This document shows, piece by piece, positions 51,734-59,564 of a DNA stretch of 64,000 bases. Location of the stretch: contig CM120649.1 of NCBI GenBank assembly GCA_051362555.1, positions 434,001-498,000 on the forward strand. The letters run 5' to 3'. A program made the position numbers and the translations under genes. The stretch's first letter is position 1, and the number at the start of each line of letters is the position of its first letter. The notes beneath the pieces are model-generated. The model had not been told where the DNA came from and ran no database searches. It was given only the letters and a program-made list of their open reading frames with translations. Source of the DNA: Lingula anatina (Eukaryota > Animalia > Brachiopoda).

Positions 51734-52496
51734 ATTAAAAAGAGCCGAAAAAGGTAAAGTTTTTTCCCAGTAATAGCAATACATGTTTAAACATGTAAAA
51801 ATATTTTTCAATAACAATGGCTTCCAGCCTCGATCAGACTGACGTTAATGCTAACGACATCACCGAGGTGATAGTCTGACGAGAAAAAATATAGGATTAA
51901 ACTGTGACAACTGTTGATTCAGCAGTTAGTCACATCACTGATACAGTGATAGTCTATCCACAAAAATAAATACTGGAAAGCCAAAAAATGAAATCAAAAA
52001 TTTGGGGACATTCCTAGGATTTGGCGGAAGATCAGAATACTAAATAAATAATAAAATGGAAATAAATAAACACTTGTGCTGGTGCACTGTACCTAGTACA
52101 GAGTAATAAACTGTGCTGCGGTGCTGTATTGCGTCCTGCAATATAGTGCTTCTGAAATACACATATTTGTGTACATAACTTGACAAGTGATAGATATATA
52201 TAAGTGCTACAGGTGCCATTGTGCTCTTGTGCATCTTTGTATCTGTAAATGATATATAAATAAATAATGAATGATAATCAAATAAAGAAATGAATAAGGT
52301 GAAAATGGGCCCACTGATGGTAACTTTCATAGCTCCGATGATCTCCCGGATCAGGAAGAGGAGAGGGGCTTCAGTGAAATTTGAATTTAGTAAGAACTAA
52401 GAAGAAATAGTTTTCATAATTTTCTAGAAATTTTTAAATTGTCCAAAAAAGAAGTAATTTTGTCATATTTTCAATTTTTGTTTTCCAAATTCCTGG

Positions 52497-54788
52497 TTAC
52501 TCCCTTTTATACAAGGAAGTACCATTTTGTGTAGTGATTTTTAAAATATGAGAGACATCCACCCCTCTGTGCCCCGCCAATATCTCTGCCGTTTCATAGA
52601 GAATAAAGGGTGTTGAATGGCCCCCCTTTTTGCGAGCGAAATAGGGGGCATCCGACTCCAAAAGAAGTTTGGAGTCGGGCACCGCCCTAAGTGCTGCCAA
52701 CTGGTGTTTATTAAAGGTGGCAGCAACCCGGGTGAAACCGAAAAAGGTATTTGGTTGCTGCCTTCCCCAAATTTCGAGAAGGGCCTTAGTGCCTGTAAAG
52801 CAGTGAAAATGGATCCTCTGGGACTGCGGAACGCCACACAGTTTCAGATGAAACAAAAGAGATCTTATGGCGAACTCACAGTCTCCAGAGTCTCCCCTCA
52901 CTCCCCTACAGTGCACAACCAGGACATGCCTGGCCTCTAGAAAAGGCAGAAGTCTGTGGAGCAACTCAACCTGATCCTGCCATTTAGACATGGCTTCAGT
53001 GTGGTCGAAACCTACCTCGCCAAAAGCTGTTACTAGCGGCATCTTAACCAACTCTGAGAAAGCCTTAATTGCCTGGTCCAGATTGCCCTGAGAAAGCTTG
53101 CCGGCTAGCCTCGGGTGAAAACCAATAGCTACATACTCGATCCCAGACAGAGTGGAAAGATACCCCTTAGTAGGATATGTCTTGGGATCGCAGTAAATAG
53201 CTACAGTTCCCACCAACTCTACCTCTTTCCCAGAGCAAACAGGAAGCAAACCCTTAAGACCCTCTAACTTGCCAGAGTATGGAAGACCAAAGGCAGCCAG
53301 GGTTCTATCTAGATGATAGTGACTATCGAAAGCTTGCCTCCCTGACTTACTTTGTTCCCCCGCCTCCAGACAAGTTTCTGGCCTGGTGAACCCTTGAATC
53401 CACAACGACCTCTGCTGCTCCGTTATAGAAGCAGACAGCTGTGTCAGGACTCTCCAATCCACCAGGACCCCGACAGAGTTAGCTGGGTATAAGGTGAAAC
53501 GCACTGGGACCGGTTTATTGAGAAATTTACAGAAATTTTCCATGGCAGTAATTTGGATTGAAGAAAAAGTGCCATGGGCTAAATTTAATTTATCTGGAAG
53601 AGCCGAAATGAACTGGTATAAAGTGTCCAGTTCTTTTTTAAAACCAAAAATGAAGAAAGTAAGCATCTCCAGTGCTTTAACCATTACACCCAAGATGTTG
53701 GGCTCAGGATTGGCGCGCTCATCAAAGATAGACGGGACATGCAGCCCCAGCGAATGCTGCCTGAGCATCTGCTCATTAAGTTTCACCCCACACCCAGGGA
53801 CCACACATTGCATCTCGGAGTGATCTTTCCTGGCCCTTTTGGGGTCAGGTCCAACCACTCCGGATGGTGTTTGGCTAGACCTTTTCGGTTCCCTGGTTGT
53901 AGGATGAGACAGCTCCGCTGACTCAACATGCCCATCCACCCCAGACTTTGCAGCAACCAACCCCTTGCCAGGTTTCTTACCACGCCTCCACCAAGGAGCT
54001 CTCTTCTTCCCCTTACGCTTACTGCCCCCCATGGGCTCAGATGGTACAGGCCCAGGAACAGGAACTTGGATCCCTGTTGGAGCAGCAGCTTCAGGGAGGT
54101 GTGAACCTGAAGAAGAGGAGATAGAAAAGTTGAAAGGGATGGCGGTATTTTGCAGCAGTGATGCGCCTGGCATAGGAGTTTCCGGAGCAGCTGGAGGTTT
54201 CACGCTGGATTTGGCCTCCCTTGGTACTCCAAGAAGTCTGTCCTCCTCAATGGAGTCCAGACTGGAGTTGGGGTCGATGTTACTTGACCCCACACCAAGT
54301 TCAGCCTCATCCAATTGCGATTCCACCTCCATAGGCTGGACCGTGCCACTCCCATCGACCACCTGGGTTATGAGTGTAATGTTTGGGTCCTTCCCAAGCC
54401 TGAAATCACGAGTTTTTTGTCCATCGTACTCCACGGAGGGAGCAGATTTCAAAACTCGTGCAGGAGGGGTGAAATTTTTGGGAAGGCGCCAAACATTCTT
54501 CTCAATCCAGTTTTTAGATGCAAGCCCACTAGATTGTAGTTGGTAGGCCACTTGCTGCAACCATGCCAGAGACATGGCATACCTACCGGGAGCACGAAGC
54601 TCCTTTTTATAAATGGTAGCCATCCCAGCCACCAGTGTTTTAAAGTAGCTGCTGTGATCTTCCCCAGGCAGAGCCTGGGCCAAATCCTGGACAAACTGGG
54701 TTCCAGGGACATCTATGGGTGACTCATGCTGTAATCTGAGTGAAGTCTCCTTCACAACAGGTGCTACTTCCGTGATAGTATTGGCCAT
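52497..54788 (-). CDS. Retrotransposon ORF3, 763 aa: low-complexity/basic region, C2H2-like motif, C-terminal TatD-family metallo-nuclease
   Basis: TatD motifs DSHYHLD, GFHP, GEVGFD, VVHCR, HFHCF and ESDAPY, ending in TTQNG.SLY. Also CVVPGC-X11-H-X4-H and a basic KRKGKKRAPWWRRGKK segment. Confidence 0.9.
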   Translation of the reverse strand: MANTITEVAPVVKETSLRLQHESPIDVPGTQFVQDLAQALPGEDHSSYFKTLVAGMATIYKKELRAPGRYAMSLAWLQQVAYQLQSSGLASKNWIEKNVWRLPKNFTPPARVLKSAPSVEYDGQKTRDFRLGKDPNITLITQVVDGSGTVQPMEVESQLDEAELGVGSSNIDPNSSLDSIEEDRLLGVPREAKSSVKPPAAPETPMPGASLLQNTAIPFNFSISSSSGSHLPEAAAPTGIQVPVPGPVPSEPMGGSKRKGKKRAPWWRRGKKPGKGLVAAKSGVDGHVESAELSHPTTREPKRSSQTPSGVVGPDPKRARKDHSEMQCVVPGCGVKLNEQMLRQHSLGLHVPSIFDERANPEPNILGVMVKALEMLTFFIFGFKKELDTLYQFISALPDKLNLAHGTFSSIQITAMENFCKFLNKPVPVRFTLYPANSVGVLVDWRVLTQLSASITEQQRSLWIQGFTRPETCLEAGEQSKSGRQAFDSHYHLDRTLAAFGLPYSGKLEGLKGLLPVCSGKEVELVGTVAIYCDPKTYPTKGYLSTLSGIEYVAIGFHPRLAGKLSQGNLDQAIKAFSELVKMPLVTAFGEVGFDHTEAMSKWQDQVELLHRLLPFLEARHVLVVHCRGVRGDSGDCEFAIRSLLFHLKLCGVPQSQRIHFHCFTGTKALLEIWGRQQPNTFFGFTRVAATFNKHQLAALRAVPDSKLLLESDAPYFARKKGGHSTPFILYETAEILAGHRGVDVSHILKITTQNGTSLYKRE

Positions 54789-54815
54789 ATCTGTAATAAC
54801 AATGAAAAATAAATA

Positions 54816-57800
54816 TTAGATTTGACATTTTACACACTTGTATTTATCAATGTTTATCGCTTCGGTGGAAGTGACATTGATGCAGGATCCATGATACCAT
54901 TCATGACAGTAGTCACATTGAATCATGAATCTGCCCTGGTAAGGCTCCCTGCAAATACAGTATGGTGTCAAATCTTCTTCTTCACTGTCACTCGAGTGCT
55001 GAAATTGTTCATCAGAAGCTAAATATTCTGTAATCCATGAGGGTACATTTCTGTCCCTACAGGGCATGAGCCTGTCATGGTTAATTACAAAGATTGCATT
55101 TTTTAGCTTCACTCGATACAGATAGCCAGATAATTTCTTTACAATGATGGCGGGTCCTTTCCATGGTGAACACAATTTTCGTGATTTGCCTTTAGTTGTT
55201 GCTGTATCCAAAACATAAACCAAATCCTTTTCAGCATAAGGTCTAAGCAGGATTTTAAGGTCATAGTCACGTTTCATGCGTTTTGAGGTTGTTTTTAAAT
55301 TGGCTCTTGCTGTAATATGAGCTAATTTCATTTTTTGTACTAACTTTGAAATGTATTCACCATAGTCAGTTTCTTTTGATTTCAGATTTGGGAACATAAT
55401 TTGGGCTGGAGTACTGACCTCCCTCCCAAGCATGAGCATATTAGGGGTATACCCCGCACTTCTGTTTACAGAAGCACGCAACGCGCCTGCAATTTGCTGG
55501 ACATATTTATCCCATTCACCCTGATTTTTACCCAAAAAACACCGTACGGCATCCATCAGGGTACGATTGAACCTTTCAACCTGTCCATTTGCAGACGGTC
55601 GGTACGGAGTAGTGCGTGATTTGTGTATATGTAAGGCCCTACACAAATCCCCGAACAATTGACTTTCAAAATTCCGTCCCTGATCAGAAAAAAGTTGATA
55701 GGGATAACCGAACCTAGAAAAGAAACAGTCAATTGCTGCTTTCGCGGTCACTTCGGCCGTTTGAGAAGGCAACGGTACGCACTCTACCCACTTTGTGAAT
55801 TGATCAACCATGACCAAACAATGCTCATTACCTTTTGCTGTTTTAGGTAGCGGTCCCAAGAAATCAATATGAACCCGTTCCATCGGAGCACCTGCAACAT
55901 ATTCAGTCAGAGGGACTCTTCCGTAACACCCTTTTTTCTTATTTTTATTACAGATGTCACAACTCAGGACATAATTGGCTATTTCTTTGCTCATATGGGG
56001 CCAGTAGAATTTTTCTTTGATTTTTGTTTTTGTTCTAGCCACTCCTTGGTGACCAGCTGAAGGGATATCATGATGTAATTTGAAAACAGAATTTTTTAAT
56101 GATTCTGGGATGACTAATTTTAGATCTTTGCTTTCCTCTTCAGTTTTGAAAATGACTCCATGATGTAATTTGAATAATTCTTTATTCAGCCAGTAAGTTT
56201 TGGAGATTGGGCTTGATCGGAAGAGTGCACCCTGATCTGGGGTATTCCCTTTGTACAACCACTCTCGTAAAATGTTAAGCTCAGGGTCTTTTGCTTGTTC
56301 AGTTTTTAATTTTTCCATAGAAAAACCCCAACACTGAGGAATATCCGGGTTTGGATTTGACCTCGCCTCCGGACCACACGCATTTATTTCTACATGAGAT
56401 TCCTCAGGTTGCAGAGCGACATCGGTAGAGAGGGCTACAATTTTTTCTAGGAGACAGTAGAAAAGATGTTCCGGACCCGTTTCTCGTCCCAGATTGACTG
56501 TATTTAATGAGGATGTTAGATCGCGTTGACTTTTTGTAGATTTACCAGTAAATTTGGATGACAATTTTTTCTTTTCTGTTAAATTGACCGCTTCGTCGAC
56601 GTCACCGAAAAAACTCCCCCAATTTTCATGGGCTCTGACGCAATAACTACATCCTCCGCAAGGTAAATTTTCCGGCTTTATTCCCGCAATATATTCGTTA
56701 CACGGTGCCAAATTGTCGGGTATTCGAGACAACGAATCAGCATTGCTATGCTTAGCTCCGGCACGATGTTGTACGATCATATTGAATTGCGAAAGCTCTT
56801 CTATCCACCTCGCGAGTTGACCTTGAGGCTCTTTAAACCTCAGTAACCACGTCAGACTTGAATGATCGGTGCGAACGGTAAATATTCGGCCCAAAAGATA
56901 ATACCTGAATTGTCTGGTAAATCTCACGATAGCCAAAAGCTCTTTTCGCGTGGTGCAATAATTCTTTTGTTCGGGAGTTAACGCGTAGCTGCCGTACGCA
57001 ATTACTTTCTCCTCGCCGTTTTGCACTTGTATTAACTCTGCACCAATCGAGTGATTTGAAGCGTCGGTATCTAAAATAAACGGATCGTTTGCGTTTGGTA
57101 ACGATAAGACTGGTGGTGTAGTCAATGCCGTTTTGAGCGCTTCGAAAGATTGAGCTTGATCTGGTCCCCATTCAAAGGCATGTTTACCTTTAATTTTGCT
57201 CAGAGGATGGGATATTTCCGCAAAATTTTTTATAAAAGTCCGGTGATAATTTGCCAATCCTAAGAACCTTTCAACGTCCTTAGAACAAGTGGGTTGTGGC
57301 CAAGAAGTTACAACTTCAATATCCTTAGGGCTCATTTTCATGGTGTTATTAGAAACAATCCGCCCCAGGAATTCAACTTCTTTTTGAAACAAAACGCACT
57401 TTTTTGGCTTTAATTTGATACCGAACTGGCGAAATCTTCCCAAAGCCTCTTTCAAATTTTCTAAATGATTTTCAAAGGACTTCCCCATTACCAAAATGTC
57501 GTCCAAAAATGCCAAAACTGTTTTCCATGTCAACCCCTTCATAAGTAAATTGACTACTCGGGAGAAAGTCGCAGGAGCATTGGTCAAGCCGAAACCCATA
57601 CGGACATGTTCGAATAATCCGTATTTCGTGATAAAAGCTGTTTTATGCCTATCTTCGGGTTTAATTTTGACTTGCCAATACGCAGAATTGGCATCTAACT
57701 TCGAAAACCAGATGTTTCCCGACAGAGTATCTTTGCAATCTTCCATTAATGGTAATGGATACGTGTCTTTGACCGTGACATTGTTCAAGGCGCGATAATC

Positions 57801-59558
57801 GATGCACCATCGGACGGAACCGTCACGTTTTCTAATTAAAACTGGTGCTGATGCCCACTCTGACGTAGACTCTTGGATGACCCCGGCTTTTAACATTTTT
57901 GTTAATAATGCCTCCTCTTCTTGAATAAAACACGCGGGAGTTCGCCGCATACGCGTTTTAAGAGGTTTGGCATTCCCGGTATCGATACCATGCTCAATGG
58001 CACTAAACCGACCAAGGTCATACTCGTCTCTAGCAAAAACATCCTGAAATTCAGATAGAACATTCTTTAATTTTTCACTCTGAATTTTGTTTAAATTCCT
58101 CTTTGATGTTTCATAAACCACTTTTACATGGTTAGGAATTTCTGATGATTTGCTAGCGACGCGTCCAGAAAAATCTTGTCCTGCGTGAACGTCACCAGCG
58201 ATTTGTTTAAAATTCCGCACCTGAGGTGACCCCTTTACAGGTGACTTGAAAATTTCGGTGTTAATTTTTTCTTCAACGAACCTCTTTCCGGCAGATGGGG
58301 CACTTAAAGGGCCCTGAGTACTTCCACCCACCTTCAGAAGTTGTTTACTTTTTATGTCATTTTTAAATCGGGCACTTGTTTTAGGGATATTCTCTAAATT
58401 AGGGGAATTAACACCACAAACCCCAGTAGAATTTAATCCCACAAGCTTTGTCATATTTGGGTGCACACCTGTTCTAGGGATTTTACTAGTTCTAGGAGTG
58501 TAAATTGAATGCTCCACTGGTAAATTGAATCCCACAAGTGTGTTTGTAGAATCCCTACCGGTTCTAGGGACGGCTGATTTTACACGAGTAATTTCAGGTA
58601 ATCCCACCAGTAGATCGGTAGTCATTGTCTCATCAGTGGTACTGACAACACGAGCGCTGGATTGGTCAATTTTAGTAGACCCCCCTCCCACTCGATGTAA
58701 ACCGAAGTGCGAAACAGGGTTTTCTAAAATTTCCGAAACTTCGCAAGCCGTAGCGACCACATGACCCCTTTTTAATTTTTTAAATTGATCTGATGGATTT
58801 AAGAGGCACACGACTGGTTTTGATTTTTCGGACAAGACAGTTCTCGGTATTAGTAGTCCCTCTTCTTCTTTACCCTCGACGACGTATTTTTCTAACTTTT
58901 CGTCGATCTCGCACGTTATCCTTAGTGCTGAATTTGGGGGTACTACTACATTTCGTGAAACGCTAACCCGAGCTATTTTAATGTCTTGTGCACGCGACTC
59001 CGTTTGCTGCATAGGTATGTCGCGCCCTTCTATTTGAATGTAACCCAAATTACAATGCACGCTCGCATTAAACTGGGCAATTAGATCGTGGCCTAACAAA
59101 AAATCGTCATGTATCGGCGCTACTAGAACAGATTCTTTGATTTTGAAACGATCTAGTTCGATGGAAATTGGCTCACAAACACGAGTTTCGATTTGTATAT
59201 CCCCTGCCGCAAGAGTAAGACTGTAATATTTCTTGAGCGATGGTTTATTTTTTATTTGCTCGAATATTTTTTCAGCCATGACAGAAACTTGCGCACCGGT
59301 GTCAACTTTGGCCATTACATGTACACCCGCCACTACCAAAGGAACGAATGAAGATCGAAAAACCCCAAGTTCATCAATTACAGGATTTTGACCACATTCT
59401 AACTCGGAATGATGAGGACGATGCAATGTTTCCATTACGGGGATAGTATTGTCAACGGTTCGTGTTTGAGACAATGAAGTCGCGATGGTTTCACCCGTTT
59501 TGTGACCGGTTTCAGTCGGGTTTCCAAGGTTACGGTCATTTCCCTTGGACCCTTCTAG
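54816..59558 (-). CDS. Gypsy Pol: protease, RT, RNase H, integrase, PHD finger (probably entered by -1 frameshift from gag)
   Basis: VDTGA; WASAPVL, CIDYRALN, MGFGL.NAPATF, FLDD; LDTDAS, ELLA, TDH; H..AGH..CDIC; IDF, SDQG, ERFN; WKGP; YCICREPY...MIQCDYCHEWYHGSC...CVKC. The frame is open from the slippery site to 54816. Confidence 0.96.
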   Translation of the reverse strand, partial: LEGSKGNDRNLGNPTETGHKTGETIATSLSQTRTVDNTIPVMETLHRPHHSELECGQNPVIDELGVFRSSFVPLVVAGVHVMAKVDTGAQVSVMAEKIFEQIKNKPSLKKYYSLTLAAGDIQIETRVCEPISIELDRFKIKESVLVAPIHDDFLLGHDLIAQFNASVHCNLGYIQIEGRDIPMQQTESRAQDIKIARVSVSRNVVVPPNSALRITCEIDEKLEKYVVEGKEEEGLLIPRTVLSEKSKPVVCLLNPSDQFKKLKRGHVVATACEVSEILENPVSHFGLHRVGGGSTKIDQSSARVVSTTDETMTTDLLVGLPEITRVKSAVPRTGRDSTNTLVGFNLPVEHSIYTPRTSKIPRTGVHPNMTKLVGLNSTGVCGVNSPNLENIPKTSARFKNDIKSKQLLKVGGSTQGPLSAPSAGKRFVEEKINTEIFKSPVKGSPQVRNFKQIAGDVHAGQDFSGRVASKSSEIPNHVKVVYETSKRNLNKIQSEKLKNVLSEFQDVFARDEYDLGRFSAIEHGIDTGNAKPLKTRMRRTPACFIQEEEALLTKMLKAGVIQESTSEWASAPVLIRKRDGSVRWCIDYRALNNVTVKDTYPLPLMEDCKDTLSGNIWFSKLDANSAYWQVKIKPEDRHKTAFITKYGLFEHVRMGFGLTNAPATFSRVVNLLMKGLTWKTVLAFLDDILVMGKSFENHLENLKEALGRFRQFGIKLKPKKCVLFQKEVEFLGRIVSNNTMKMSPKDIEVVTSWPQPTCSKDVERFLGLANYHRTFIKNFAEISHPLSKIKGKHAFEWGPDQAQSFEALKTALTTPPVLSLPNANDPFILDTDASNHSIGAELIQVQNGEEKVIAYGSYALTPEQKNYCTTRKELLAIVRFTRQFRYYLLGRIFTVRTDHSSLTWLLRFKEPQGQLARWIEELSQFNMIVQHRAGAKHSNADSLSRIPDNLAPCNEYIAGIKPENLPCGGCSYCVRAHENWGSFFGDVDEAVNLTEKKKLSSKFTGKSTKSQRDLTSSLNTVNLGRETGPEHLFYCLLEKIVALSTDVALQPEESHVEINACGPEARSNPNPDIPQCWGFSMEKLKTEQAKDPELNILREWLYKGNTPDQGALFRSSPISKTYWLNKELFKLHHGVIFKTEEESKDLKLVIPESLKNSVFKLHHDIPSAGHQGVARTKTKIKEKFYWPHMSKEIANYVLSCDICNKNKKKGCYGRVPLTEYVAGAPMERVHIDFLGPLPKTAKGNEHCLVMVDQFTKWVECVPLPSQTAEVTAKAAIDCFFSRFGYPYQLFSDQGRNFESQLFGDLCRALHIHKSRTTPYRPSANGQVERFNRTLMDAVRCFLGKNQGEWDKYVQQIAGALRASVNRSAGYTPNMLMLGREVSTPAQIMFPNLKSKETDYGEYISKLVQKMKLAHITARANLKTTSKRMKRDYDLKILLRPYAEKDLVYVLDTATTKGKSRKLCSPWKGPAIIVKKLSGYLYRVKLKNAIFVINHDRLMPCRDRNVPSWITEYLASDEQFQHSSDSEEEDLTPYCICREPYQGRFMIQCDYCHEWYHGSCINVTSTEAINIDKYKCVKCQI

Positions 59559-59564
59559 TTTAAA
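59503..59564 (-). promoter_or_regulatory. Programmed -1 ribosomal frameshift signal (U UUA AAC plus predicted H-type pseudoknot)
   Basis: Heptamer at 59564-59558, directly before the gag TAG. Stem 1 TCCAAGG/CCTTGGA (59549-59543 / 59529-59523). Stem 2 TGACCG/CGGTCA (59538-59533 / 59508-59503). pol is in the -1 frame. Confidence 0.85.

Noticed and set aside
52497-54788. ORF3 as an envelope protein or as a host TATDN gene
   Set aside because: No signal peptide or transmembrane segment. It is intronless and lies between pol and the PPT inside the LTRs.
52541-58764. Small alternative-frame and antisense ORFs within the Gypsy element (e.g. 53965-54546 +)
   Set aside because: Shadows of the long ORFs with no recognisable motifs.
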